Positions 39,477 through 52,510 of a stretch of 64,000 nucleotides of DNA are shown piece after piece (the stretch's first letter is position 1; each line of letters begins with the position of its first letter). This DNA is from Felis catus (lineage: Eukaryota): assembly GCF_018350175.1 (NCBI RefSeq), contig NC_058368.1, positions 48,238,001 through 48,302,000 on the forward strand, given 5' to 3'. The notes beneath the pieces are model-generated. The model made no database searches, had not been told where the DNA came from, and saw only the letters and a list, made by a program, of their open reading frames with translations. Position numbers and translations under genes: made by a program.

Positions 39477-40307
39477 AAATTTTTAATTATTAGTTATTTT
39501 ATTATGCTCTTCCTTTAAGAAAATCAAATACGTGTGTGTGTGTGTATGTGTGTGTGTGCATGTATGTATAGTGTACTTAACATATGACTTGATTTTCAAA
39601 AAAATTACTAAAACATTCATTTTTAGAAATAAAAATATCACTTGGTCTCTATTACCTACATAATAAAGCCCAAATTTCACAATTTAGCCTTTATGGCCCT
39701 CTGTGATCTAGTTCAAAAGTCCCTTCCAATTTTATTGTTTCTATTCCCCTCATGAAAATCCTATCTATGAATTGGATCATTTATGTAGTCATCAAATATA
39801 TATTGAGTGCTTACCATGTGCCAGGTTCTATAGCTTCAAAGGTGAGTAAGAATAAGGCACAATTTCTGCTCTCAAATAGCTCGCAGTCTAGCAAAGAAGA
39901 AGATATATAACCAGCTATCTATAGTATTGTAAGTGCAATATTTGATGTATGTTTAAGGCACAAGAGGAAATAGTCACTTCCTAGCCAGACAGATAAGAGA
40001 TTCACAGAAGATTACATAGGGGAAGTAATAAATGAATTAGAATTCACTAAATATACCCACAGAAAATAATGTTCTAGGCTAGGGGAGCATGTAGGCAGGC
40101 ATGAAAGTTGGAGATAGGAATGAAGGTCTGTTCCACTATAGATGTTTGACTACTGTAGAACACAGAGTGCAGGAGTTCACCATCTCCCCAATATCATCCA
40201 CCTATTAAGTTCTTTATTTATGACTCATTTTGCCATTTCTGCAGGTTATAGTGGAGAACGTCAGTTGCTCATGGGAACCTAATGACATTCACCTATGACT
40301 TTAGACC

Positions 40308-40538
40308 ATAGTTTGTCAACCTCAGCACTACTGACAGTTTAGACAGAAGAATTCTTTGTCATGGGGGCGGGGGGGGGGGGGCTGTCCTGAACACTGTAGG
40401 ATGTTTAGTAGTGTTCTGAGATTTCACCCACTGGTTGCCAGTAGAACCCCTTGTCCCAGTCATGACAATAAGAAATGTTTCCAGTCATTGACAAATGTCA
40501 CTTGGGTGTGCAAATCCCTCCCCTGTTGAGAACCACTG
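40308..40538. mobile_element. MER20 (hAT-Charlie)
   Basis: tcaacctcagcactactgaca...ctgtaggatgtttagtag...gacaaatgtc...gttgagaaccactg. Confidence 0.88.
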
Positions 40539-42754
40539 TCTTGGATCTATGTGTTCATATGGTCACTTTAATATTGGAAAGGGGTATAGCCCTACTTGAT
40601 AAGAATGATTATAAGAAAAAACCCATCATGTTCCAAAGTCTTTAAGACTTTGGAGGTAGTTAACTTTGGATGTAGTTAAATGTATAAAGAACCAACTAAA
40701 TGCAAATCAAGTCAAGGAGAACTGCATTGGGAGTGTACATGTATGTAGAGGACTATGTACAGACTTCCTGAGAATGTGGAAAAATTAGGTAATAAAAAAA
40801 TTTAGCCTAGGGACGTGGAGTACACAACTATTCAGTTAAACACTCTTGCTAAATTATAGTTTTCTTATTCTACGTTATAAATAGAGGTCCGTGTTAATAA
40901 CCCTATAGGTTTCCCATCCATGCTGAGAATTCGGTATCAGTGTCTCAAATGAGATCTCTAGTCTAGTGCAAATTCAATCATCTGAGAAGATAACCCCCAA
41001 ACTATTAGAAATGTTCTAATTGTTTCCTTTTAACTCCAAGACAATTTATAATTAAATGTGGAAATATATGAGAATCATAATCATGGTGTTAATATTTTTG
41101 TGTAAGAGATTTGTGCTTATTTGGTAGTTTATACACGTGTTATAATGAAGAGAATAACTAATAGAATATGTCCTACTAGAAGCTGAATCTAATTGGAAAT
41201 ATGTGATTTAAGCAATGATTTAAATTTTTTTTTAAATTTTAAGTTGAAATCTTATAAAACTTATATGCAAAATCAGGACATATAGAGAATTTAAGAATCA
41301 TCATATCTAAAATTTAATAGGTTTATGAAAATATTTAGTTCTTGGGATGGCTCGTTGTTAATCCATTAAAGTTCTTAAAAGAGAAAGCATATATATTGAA
41401 TTTACAAAATCAGTTTTTAAGTTTAAAGGAATTTAAATGTTTTGAGCCCCTTACAAACAAATGTTACATTTGCTAGATTTATAAATATAATATTATTTGG
41501 ATGTTGAAGCAAAAGGTTAAGGAAGAACTAAGCTTCGGATTCTTTAAAAATTACATATATATTTTAAAAGTGAAATAACTTCTGCAGAATCTATCCTAAG
41601 GATATAAACTCATTCTCAAGGACCAAAAAAAACCTCAAGGATATAACAAAACCTACGTGGGGGGGAGCCAAGATGGCAGAACAGCATGAAGTTTTTTTGT
41701 GTATGTCTCTCGTCCATGAAATACAGCCAGAACCCATCCTGCCCACCTAGAAAACTGATCTCAGGATTAACACAACAATCTGCATACCCTGAACCACAGA
41801 ATTCAGCAGGTACGCAGCGCGGAGAGCTGAACTTGGGGAGAGAAGCTGTGGAGGGCAGAGAGGTACTTTTGCAGGAGGAGACAGGACGGAGATGGTGGGG
41901 AGAATACGGGAAAAGCACCCCTCCCCAAAAGCAGCTGGAGAGAAAGTGGAAAATTGGAAACAGCCGCAGGGACTAAACTAAAAAGGGAGAAAGGAGAAAG
42001 GAGAGGGTTTCAATTCCATTAAGACTGTAAACAAAGGGAGCGCAAAGGCTGCAACTCCGCAGCTCCATACCTGGCGGTGCTCTGGTGGGAAGGGCGAATC
42101 CCCAGGAACAGAGTGGGGTCCGGGAGGTTCTCGGGCCACACGGGAGAAGCGGTTCCACTGCTGGAAGGACATTTGGTAGAGACCGTTGAAGCCACCTGGT
42201 CCTAGCAGACCCCAGAAGGCGGTCACATTCTCTGGTGCTGGGGCAAGGTCATTAAGGGTGACGCCTGGTGCCAGATGTGTGTTGTGATTTTCCATTACCC
42301 TGAGGCGCTGCAGCTACACTATCTCGCGAACGTTTTCTGGGGCGGGCTGGCACCTGGCCACAATCTCGGGGCACCGGCAGCAGCAGGGTCCAGCAAGCGT
42401 TCCTGGGTGCAGCCGACATTCGGCCATTGCTCATTCGGCCATTGCTAGGTGAGACCCTCCCGCAGAGGGGCGGAACGGGTCAAAGCCGCAGTCCTTCCAA
42501 GTAAGGAGCCGTGGAAAACAGGCACATCTGAGACAAAACTCATGAGAGAGGTACTGCCTGGGGCTTGGTCACGGACACTGAAAAAGCAGGGAGTGGATGA
42601 AAGCTGAAGACAGAAGATGGATGCACAATTGCTGATCAAGAAGAGAATTTGGATACTAGAGACTGGGTAAGCTGGATGACACCAGTTTCACCGCTCCCGC
42701 GCATGCGCATACGCACTTACGAGCGCCACAACCCTCCACCCCAGTAGGCTAGCA

Positions 42755-42768
42755 GCGCCATCTAGTGG
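42755..42768 (-). promoter_or_regulatory. CTCF-consensus site in the L1 5' UTR
   Basis: Minus strand CCACTAGATGGCGC matches the CTCF core CCASYAGRKGGCRS. Confidence 0.6.
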
Positions 42769-42969
42769 AGAACAGAGGCGTTACACTGAGCCCCGCCCAA
42801 CTGGGCCAACTCCCTCTTTAAGAACAGAAGTCTCACTGCCTGCTTAGTTTATGGACTATAAGACGCTTCTTGTCTGACTTCTAGGGAAAACGAAGCAATT
42901 TCTGACGTATTTCAATCTGTTAACAAGTCCATCTATTCAAATTTCTTACTTTTTTCTTTTTCACTTTTC

Positions 42970-43800
42970 TTTTTCTTGAATACAGAGAGAAAATTCATTT
43001 TTATTTTCAATTTTTATCAAAATATTTTTAATTTTTTTACTATTTTTTTCCTTTTGTGTAAATTTTTTCCAATTCTATCTTATTTCCATTTTATTTCAAT
43101 CTACTTCAGTGTATTCACTTTTTCAAATTTTCAAACGATTTCCTTTTTTTCTTTTTTCTCTTTATAGTTTCTTTTCTTTTTCTTGAATACAGAAAGAGAA
43201 AAATTTCATTCTATTTTGAATTTTTATTAAAAATATTTTTCTTTAGGGGCGCCGGGGTGGCTCAGTCGGCTGAACGTCCGACTTCAGCTCAGGTCATGAT
43301 CTCACAGCTTGTGAGTTCCAGCCCCGCATCAGGCTCTCTGCTGACAGCTTGGAGCCTGGAGCCTGCTTCGATTCTGTGCCTCCCTTTCTCTCTGCCCCAA
43401 CCCACTTGCATTCTTCTCTGTCTCTCTCAAAAATAAGTAAACATTAAAAAAAAATCAAGATTTAAAAAAATATATTTTTTCTTTAATTTTTTTACTATAT
43501 TTTTTATTTTTATGTAAATTTTTTCAAATTCTATTTTACTTCCATCATTTTATTTTAGTCTACAGTGTATTCAATTTTTCAAATTTTCAAATGATTTGGT
43601 TTTTTTCTTTTCTTTTTCTTGAATAAAGAGAAAAAAAATCATTTTTATTTTTAATTTTTATTACAAATATTTTTCTTTAATTTTTTTCTACTATATTCTT
43701 TACTTTTGTGTAAATTTTTCAAATTCTATTTACTTCCAGTATTTCATTTCAGTTTACTCCACTGTATTCATTTTTTCAAATTCTCAAATGATTTCCTTAT
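42970..43800 (+). repeat. Three ~200-bp AT-rich tandem units in the L1 5' UTR; the second is interrupted by a SINE
   Basis: Unit tcttgaata..gagaaaa..tcat..aaatatttt..tgtaaattttt..caaattcta..gtgtattca..tcaaattttcaaa(c/t)gattt recurs at ~42975, ~43180 and ~43615. Confidence 0.85.
43246..43465 (+). mobile_element. CanSINE inserted in the L1 5' UTR
   Basis: Full head, CT tract and tail; TSD approximately atatttttcttta on both sides. Confidence 0.95.
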
Positions 43801-43975
43801 TTTCCCCCTTTTTTCTCTAACGATCAAACCACTTTCAACACCCGGACCAAAACACACACCTAGGATCTAGCATCATTTATTCAATTTTGTTTGTGTGTGT
43901 GTTTTTAATTTTTTAATTTTAATATTTTTTTAATTTTAATTTTTCTACCTCATTAACTTCTTTTCTCCCTTCAAA

Positions 43976-44838
43976 ATGATGAAATGAAGGAATTCACCCG
44001 AAAAGAAAGAGCACGAAGAAACGACAGCCAGGGATTTAACCAACACAGATACAAGCAAGATGTCTGAACCAGAATTTAGAATCACGATAATAAGAATACT
44101 AGCTGGAGTTGAAAATAGACTAGAATTCCTTTCTATGGAGATAAAAGAAGTAAAAACTAGTCAGGATGAAATAAAAAAAATGCTATAACTGAGCTGGAAT
44201 CACGGATGGATGCAGCAGCGGCAAGGATGTATGAGGCAGAACAGAGAATCAGCGATATAGAGGACAAACTTATGGAGAATAACGAAGCAGAAGAAAAGAG
44301 GGAGATTAAGGCCAAAGAGCTCAATTTAAGAACTAGAGAAATCAGTGACTCATGAAAAAGGAACAACATCAGAATCATAGGGGTCCCAGAAGAGGAAGAG
44401 AGAGAAATAGGGGTAGAAGGGTTATGTGAGCAAATCATAGCAGAAAACTTCCCTAACCTGGGCAAAGACACAGACATCAAAATCCAGGAAGCACAGAGCA
44501 CCCCCATTAGATTCAACAAAAACCGACCATCAACAAGGCATATCATAGTCAAATTCACAAAATACTCAGGCAAGGAGAGAATATGAAAGCAGTAAGGGAA
44601 AAAAGTCCCTAACCTACAAGGGAAGACAGATCAGACCTATCCACAGAAACTTGGCAGGCCAGAAAGTAGTGGCGGGATATATTCAGTGTGTGAATCAGAA
44701 AAATACGCAGCCAAGAATTCTTTATCCAGGAAGGCTGTCATTTAAAATAGAAGGAGAGATAAAAAGTTTCCCAGACAAACAAAAATTAAAGGAGTTAATA
44801 AACCAGCCCTGCAAGAAATTTTAAGGGGGACTCTGTGA
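43976..44838 (+). pseudogene. L1 ORF1p remnant (disrupted)
   Basis: Translates as M-M-K-*-RNSPEKKEHEETTARDLTNTDTSKMSEPEFRITIIRILAG..., and later NNIRIIGVPEEEE, KIQEAQSTP and RHIIVKF, all typical of L1 ORF1. There is a TGA at codon 4 plus later stops and frameshifts. Confidence 0.9.
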
Positions 44839-44949
44839 GGGGAGAAAAGATGAAAATATTAAATACATACATACATACATACCAAAAGCAACAAAGATTA
44901 AAAAGGACCAGAGAACACCACCAGAAACTCCAACTCTACAAGCAACATA

Positions 44950-47900
44950 ACGGCAATAAATTCATATCTTTCAGTACTCACTCTAAACGTCAATGAACTC
45001 AATGCTCCAATCAAAAGACATAGGGTAACAACAGAATGGATAAGAAAACAAGATCCGTCTACATGTTGTTTACAAGAGACCCACTTTAGACCTACTGACA
45101 TGTTCAGATTGAAAATTAGGGGATGGAGAACCATCTGTCATGCTAATAGTCAACAAAGAAGCCGGAGTAGCTTATATCAGAAAATCTAGACTTTAAAATA
45201 AAAGACTGTATCAAGAGATGCAGAAGGGCATTATATCATAATCAAGGGGTCTATCCACCAAGAAGACCTAACAATTGTAAACATTTATGTGCCAAATGTG
45301 AGAGCACCCAAATATATAAATCAGTTAATCACCAACATAAAGAAACTCATCAATACTAATACCATAATAGTAGGAGACTTCCACACCCCACTCACAGCAA
45401 TGGACAGATCATCTAATCAAAAAATCAACAAGGAAAAATGTCTTTGACACACTGGACCACATGGACTTAACAGATATATTCAGATCATTTCATCTGAAAG
45501 CAGCAGAATATACATTCTTTTCCAGTACACATGGAACATTCTTGAGAATAGACCATATACTGGGACACAAATCAGCCCTAAGTAAGTACAAAAAGATCGA
45601 GATCATACCGTGCATATTTTCAGACCACAACGCTATGAAACTCGAAATCCACCACAAGAAAAAATTTGGAAAGGTAACAAATACTTGGAGACTGAAGAAC
45701 ATCCTACTAAGGAATGAATGGGCTAACCAAGCAGTTAAAGAGGAAATTAAAAAGTATATGGAAGCCAATGAAAATGATAACACCACAACCTAAAACCTCT
45801 GGGACGCAGCAAAGGTGGTCATAAGAGGAAAGTATATAGCACTCCAGGCCTTCCTAAAGAAGGAAGAAAGATCTCAGATACACAGCCTAACCCTACACCT
45901 TAAAGAGCTGGAAAAGGAACAGCAAATAAAACCCAAAAACAGCAGAAGACAGGAAATAATAAAGATTAGAGCAGAAATTAATGCTATCGAAACCAAAAAT
46001 AAACAAAAAACCAAAAACCAGTAGAACAGATTGATGAAACCAGAAGCTTGTTCTTTGAAAGAATGAACAAAATTGATAAACCACTAGCTAGTGTGATCAA
46101 AAAGAAAAAGGAAAGGACCCAAATAAATAAAATCAAGAATGAAAGAGGAGGATCACAACCAACACAGCAGAAATACAAACAATAATAAGAGAATATTATG
46201 AGCAATTATATCCCAATAAAATGGGCAGTCTGGAAGAAATGGACAAATTCCTAGAAACATATACACTACCAAAACTGAAATAGGAAGAGGTAGAAAATTT
46301 GAACAGATCCATAACCAGTAAGGAAATCGAATTAGTAATCAAAAATCTCCCAAAAAACAAAAGTCTAGGGCCAAATGGCTTTCCAGGGGAATTCTACCAA
46401 ACATTTAAGGAAGAGTTAACACCTGTTCTCTTAAAGCTGTTCCAAAAAATAGAAATGGAAGGAAAACTCCCAAACTCTTTCTATGAAGCCAGCATTACCT
46501 TGATTCCAAAACCAGACAGAGACCACACTAAAAAGGAGAACTATAGACCAATTTCCGTGATGAACATGGATGCAAAAATCCTCAACAAGCTATTAGCCAA
46601 CTGGATCCAACAATACATTAAAAAAATTATTCACCACGACCAAGTGGGATTTGTACCTGGGATGCAGGGCTGCTTCAATATCTGCAAAACAATTAACGTG
46701 ATTCATCACATCGATAAAAGAAAGGACAAAAACCATATGATCATCTCAATAAATGCAGACATAGCATTTGACAAAATACAGCATCCTTTCTTGATAAAAA
46801 CCCTCAAGAAAGTAGGGACAGAAGGATCATTACCTCGAGATCATAAAAGCCATATATGAACAACCCAACGCTAATATCATCCTCAATGGGGAAAAACTGA
46901 GAGCTTTCCCCCTAAGGTCAGGAACAAGACAGGGATACCACTCTCGCCACTGTTATTCAACATAGTATTGCACATCTTAGCCTCTGCAATCAGACAACAC
47001 AAAGAAATAAAAGGCATCTAAATCGGCCAGGAGGAGGTCAAACTTTCACTCTTTGCAGATGACATGACACTCTATATGGAAGACCCTAAAGATTCCACCA
47101 AAAAACTGCTAGAACTGATTCATGAATTCTGCAAAGTTGCAGGATATAAAATCAACGGACAGAAATCAGTTGCATTCCTATACACCAATAACGAAGCAAC
47201 AGAAAGAGAAATCAAGGAATCGATCCCATTTACAATTGCACCAAAAACCATAAAATACCTAGGAATAAATCTAACCAAAGAGGTGAAAAACCTATACACT
47301 GAAAACTATAGACAGCTTATGAAAGAAATTGAAGAAGTCACAAAAAAATGGAAAAAAGATTCCATGCTCCAGGATAGGAAGAACAAATATTGTTAAAATG
47401 TCCTTACTATCCAAAGCAATCTATATATTCAATGCAATCCCTATCAAAATAACACGAGCATTCTTCACAGAGCTAGAACAAACATAATTTGTATGGAACC
47501 AGAAAAGACCCCAAATAGCCAAAGCCATCTTGAAAAAGAAAACCAAAGCAGGAGGCATCACAATCCCGGACTTCAAGCTATACTACAAAGCTGTAATCAT
47601 CAAGACAGTATGGTAGTGGCACAAGAACAGACACTCACATCAATGGAACAGAATAGAGAACCCAGATATGGACCCACAAACGTATAGACAACTAATCCTT
47701 GACAAAGCAGGAAAGAATATCCAATGGAATAAAGACAGTCTCTTCAGCAAGTGATGCTGAGAAGTCTGGACAGCGACATGCAGAAGAATGAACCTGGACC
47801 ACTTTCTTACACCATACACAAAAATATACTCAAAATAGATGAAAGACCTAAATGTAACACAGGATGCCATCAAAATCCTTGAGGAGAAAGCAGGCAAAAA

Positions 47901-48810
47901 CCTTCTTGATCTTGGCCGCAGCAACTTCTTACTCCACATGTCTCCAGAGGCAAGGGAAACAAAAGCAAAAATGAACTACTGGGACCTCATCAAAATAAAA
48001 AGCCTCTGCACAGCGAAGGAAACAATCAGCAAAACTAGAAGGCAACCAACAGAATGGGAGAAGATATTTGCAAATGGCATATCAGATAAAGGATTAGTAT
48101 CCAAAATCTATAAAGAACTGCTCAAACTCAACACCCAAAAAACAAATAATCCAGTGAAGAAATGGGCAAGAGACATGAATAGACACTTCTCCAAAGAAGA
48201 CATCCAGATGGCCAACCAACACATGAAAAAATGCCCAAGTTCACTCATCATCAGGGAAACACAAGTCAAAACCACAATGAGATACCACCTTACACCTGTC
48301 AGAATGGCTAACATTCACAACTCAGGCAACGACAGATCTTGGCGAGGATGCAGATAAAGAGGATCTCTTTTGCATTGTTGGTGGGAATGCAAGCTGGTAC
48401 AGCCACTCTGGAAAACAGTATGGAGATTCAGGAAAGTTGCAGGATATAAAACCAAAAATATAAAACTAAAAATATAAAAACTAAAAATAGAACTACCCTA
48501 TGACCCAGCAATTGCACTACTAGGCATTTATCCAAGGGATACAGGTGTGCTGTTTTGAAGGGACACATGCTCCCCCATGTTTATAGCAGCACTACCAACA
48601 ATAGCCAAAGTATGGAAAGAGCCCAAAAGTCCATCAATGGATGAATGGATAAAGAAGATGTGGGATATATACACAATGGAGTATTACTTGGCAATCAAAA
48701 AGAATGAAATCTTGCCATTTGCAACTACGTGGATGGAACTGGAGGGTATTATGCTAAGTGAAATTAGTCAGTCAGAGAAAGACAAATATCATATGACTTC
48801 ACTCATATGA
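44950..48810 (+). pseudogene. L1 ORF2p remnant (APE endonuclease, reverse transcriptase, C-terminal domain), fragmented
   Basis: Endonuclease motifs LTLNVN-LNAPIKRHRV, CCLQETH and FSDHNAMKLEI. RT motifs [27 protein letters not shown] and LFADDM (~47049-47066). ORF-track pieces at 45461, 46299, 47064, 47839 and 48577. The presumed start codon reads ACG; several stops and frameshifts. Confidence 0.95.
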
Positions 48811-49109
48811 GGACTTTAAGATACAGAACAGATGAACATAAGGGAAGGGAAGCAAAAATAATATAAAAACAGGGAGGGGGACAAAACATAAGAGACTCTT
48901 AAATATGGAGAACAAACTGAGGGTTACTGGAGGGGTTGTGGGCAGAGGGGCGGGCTAAATGGGTAAGGGGTACTAAGGAATCTACTCCTGAAATCACTGT
49001 TGCACCATAGGCTAATTTGGATGTAAATTAAAAAAAATTTTTTTTAAATCCACATAGAAGAATAAAATAATCTTATAATGGTGAAAAAACTTCACATTAC
49101 CAATTATGG

Positions 49110-49680
49110 GAGAAACCTGCACCCCATATCCCTCCTGTGCAATGCACTGAGTTTATGTTATCTGTGTAGTGTCCCCGGTAAACAATGTTTAATCTAAATC
49201 TAATCATAAGTAAACAAACACATCTAAATTGAAGGACACATTCAAAACAACTGGCCTAGATGCTTTGAAACTGTCAAAATCATGAAAGACCACCATCAAA
49301 ACAAACAAAAAACTAAACAGACATAAACACCAACAAAGAAAAACACAATGAATAGGGAAAAAAGGTGTGGGATAGTGGGGAAGGCTAACGATTGTGTGAA
49401 CCTTCACTGGATCTGGATCCCCAAACTAAAAATCTGTAAAGGGCACGATTGAGACATTTTTACAACCTCCATGGGAAAATATCCTTGTTCTTAAGGAATA
49501 GGTGGTAAAATGTTCAGAGGAGAAGTCTAAAAGATGTCCACAATTTGCACTTAAACAGTTAAAAAATGTGTATACACAGGGTCCTGGGAATCTGGCTGAG
49601 GGGTATACAGATGTTCAGTGTCCTATTTTTGAGTTTTTCTGTAGGTTTGTAAATTGTCAAAAAAAAACCCAGTTGAATAA
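49110..49680 (+). mobile_element. Ancient L1 (L1MC/MD/ME-like) 3' fragment
   Basis: aatctaatcataagtaaacaaacacatctaaattgaaggacacattc...aactggcc...tcatgaaagac resembles old L1 3' UTRs. Confidence 0.65.
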
Positions 49681-50347
49681 AAATGTCAACTCACATTGAA
49701 CCTGCTTTACTACCTTATGGTGCTCATGATTCTCAGGATAAGTAGACCCCCACCTGCAGCACAAGGGAGGTGCTGGGAAGGGAAGGGAAGGTGCAGCACA
49801 AGGGAACTTGCCTTGTCTAAGAGTTTTCTTGCCAAGAATTGGCTCAGGAATGTGCTTGTTTCTGAATTTGGACCAATGAAACAAGAAGAGTGGTTTGCCA
49901 CAGGTTTCCTTCCTTTCTCTGCTTCCAGGAGCAAGTTTCTGTTTCCTTCTATTACACCTGTACATGTGTATGAGGCCTGGGACTTTTGCAACCATCTCAC
50001 TGCCAGTCTGATGTAGAAGCTACCGAAAGGAACAGGGATGACAAAAGTCTCAGGGATAAATCAATGTTGGCAAGATTATGGTTCCTTTGGTCTTCCAATT
50101 TGGGGAATCAATTGATTTAAGCCAGTTGAAATATTGCAGCAAAACATATTATCTGATACGAGCCACATCACTCATAATGTGACTGTACTATCTCCATTCC
50201 AAACTGCAACTGACAGCAGAGTTTTCATGAGGAAGGAACTACCTTTATTTAGCAAAATATTTTGATTGATTGGTCCTGCAGGGAGAAAGGTGAGACTGTG
50301 AGGTCAGGGAGATGAAACCTAGCCTGAGCAGTCAAATAGAAGGAGGC

Positions 50348-50381
50348 ATTAGTCAGGGTTCTCCTGAGAAACAAAACCAAC

Positions 50382-50421
<40 letters not shown>

Positions 50422-50823
50422 TATATCTCTATCTCTACCCTCTATATCTCTATCTGTAGACAGAGAGATTTATTTAAGGATTTGACTCACACGATTGTAG
50501 AGGTGTGGTAAGTTTAACATAGGGTGGGCTGGCAGGCTACAGACTTAGTGACTCAGGGAAAGGTTGCAGTTCAAATCCAAAGGTATCTACTGGCAGAATT
50601 CCTTCTTTCTTAGGGGCAGTCACTCTTTGTTTTATTAAGGCCTTCAATCAATTGAAAGAGGACCATCTACATTAAGGAGGGTAATTTGCTTTACTCAAAG
50701 TCCACTATTTAAATGTTACATTTATCCAAAAAACTACCTTCACAGAAACATCCTGAATAATGTTTGACTAAATATCTGAGCACCATGGCCCAGCCAATTT
50801 GACGTATAAAATTAATCACTACA
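50348..50823 (-). mobile_element. MLT2 (ERVL) LTR with internal (TG)n
   Basis: attagtcagggttctcc..agaaacaaaaccaacagg(TG)n...ggagggtaatttgctttactcaaagtccac...ataaaattaatcactaca. Confidence 0.88.
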
Positions 50824-51024
50824 ATGGATAAACTGCTCAGCATGAGAAATGAACACGCTGGGATTTGCCTTGGGAGAGATGTTGGGCAGGAGAAAAGGAG
50901 AAAAGGAGAGAGATAGACTAGCCAACCAGAGGCTTTTCCAACTTTAACTTTTTACATTGTGCCTCCTTACATGCATGCCCATGTGTACAAAACTGAAAAA
51001 AAGCTACTCTTCATCTTCTCTGCT

Positions 51025-51191
51025 GTCTCTTCTCTTCTCTTCTCTTCTCTTCTCTTCTCTTCTCTTCTCTTCTCTTCTCTTCTCTTCTCTTCTCTTCTCT
51101 TCTTCTCTCTCTCTTCTCTTCTTTCTCTTCTCTTCCATTCCATCCCATCCCATCCCATCCCATCCCATCCCATTCTATTCCATTCCATCCT
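51025..51191. repeat. Compound pentanucleotide repeat (CTCTT)n then (CCATC/CCATT)n
   Basis: Read directly from the sequence. Confidence 0.97.
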
Positions 51192-51290
51192 ATACCTCAT
51201 TTTTGAAAATGTTCATCTTGACCCACTAAATGAATTTAATTGGCACAAAGCTTCAGTTTGCAAACAATAAACATACAATTTACACATACT

Positions 51291-51321
<31 letters not shown>

Positions 51322-52477
51322 ATGTGCATTTGTGTAGTAAATCAAGGAAGAGGCTAACAGGTCAGAAAATACGTCAGACCTTAAAATGATCCCTAAACTA
51401 AGAGAGTTGATAGTGATTATATAAGCAGCCCTGCCTCCTTTTCCCCCAGTGCTGCTTACATCCCCAAAGTTCACAGAAATCTTGGGGAGGGCTTTGGTGT
51501 GGAATTAGGAATCTGAGCATCTATCTGTATGCAAGGTGAACAGAGCTATGCCTTAAAAAAAACCCTAAATACATTCTGGGGATCTCTTCCAGGGGACATG
51601 GAGGCCCAGCTCATTACCTGTGTTACAGAGGCTATTCTCTCTACCTGTAGGCCTCCATGACACCTTAGCCAGTTCCAGTGGTGCTAAGCCATTTATGTTT
51701 TCTACCACAGAAACTGTATTTACCTACCCTAGTAGGACTTTTGGTTAGAGATTATATCTTAGGTACAATTTTTATGTCCTGTATCAATTAGCAATACCTA
51801 CACAGACTAGTAACTCAATTATGTGTTTTTCCTTATTTTATGCATATAAAAATTATTACTAGTAAACATAATAACACTGACTTGCCATGCATGAGTGGCT
51901 GAATAAAAAACTTGGTATTTCCTAAACACTTGCCCATATTTTAGACATATCAAATATAACTTACAGGTGTACTTAAGACACATAATAACATTAGACAAAT
52001 TACAAAAGAATCAACATCAATGCCTAAGAGACTATGCGCATTCCTGCTAAACGTATTACAAATCATTGGCTCCAAATCAGCAATGAAAGGTGAAGCAGGG
52101 TCCGTAGACCCTACCGAGTTCAGCAACAGAATTTACTGGCCACACTAATGCCAGCTTAAAGGGCCCTGAGGATGATCAATAATGTTAATCCTCATGACCG
52201 CATCTACCTCACAACTTGGTCTCTGATCAAGCTTTAAGAGTTCAGAGGAGTCTGGAGCTGCAGCAAGGCTACTCTTTAGACGCTGGAACTGACCTGAGTC
52301 TTTGGTACAGTCTGACAGCTCTTATGCACTGGATATCACAGTAGCTCATGACACAAACTTGCAGTGCCTTGCAAACCTCTCCAGCGTAACGGATTACAAT
52401 ATATTCACGTAAAGTGTAGCTAAGTCTAATGTTGCTGATGTCATCATTGCCTCATAAAGCTGAGTTTCTCTCTCTCC

Positions 52478-52510
<33 letters not shown>

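Larger units (their letters stand above)
41659..49035 (+). mobile_element. Full-length (~7.4 kb) inactivated carnivore/felid LINE-1
   Basis: Starts GGGGGAGCCAAGATGGC (YY1 site), then a CpG-rich 5' UTR, ORF1 and ORF2 remnants, a G-rich 3' UTR and an A-rich tail. Possible degenerate TSD aaacctacgtgg / aaatccacatag. Confidence 0.97.

Noticed and set aside
46299..48357. RT-like ORFs of 110-186 aa as a novel reverse-transcriptase system
   Set aside because: They are collinear fragments of one disrupted L1 ORF2.
50957..51270. ORFs with SSLLF and EEKRR repeats (likewise the RERE, SLSL and HTHT ORFs elsewhere)
   Set aside because: Translations of microsatellites and SINE CT tracts.
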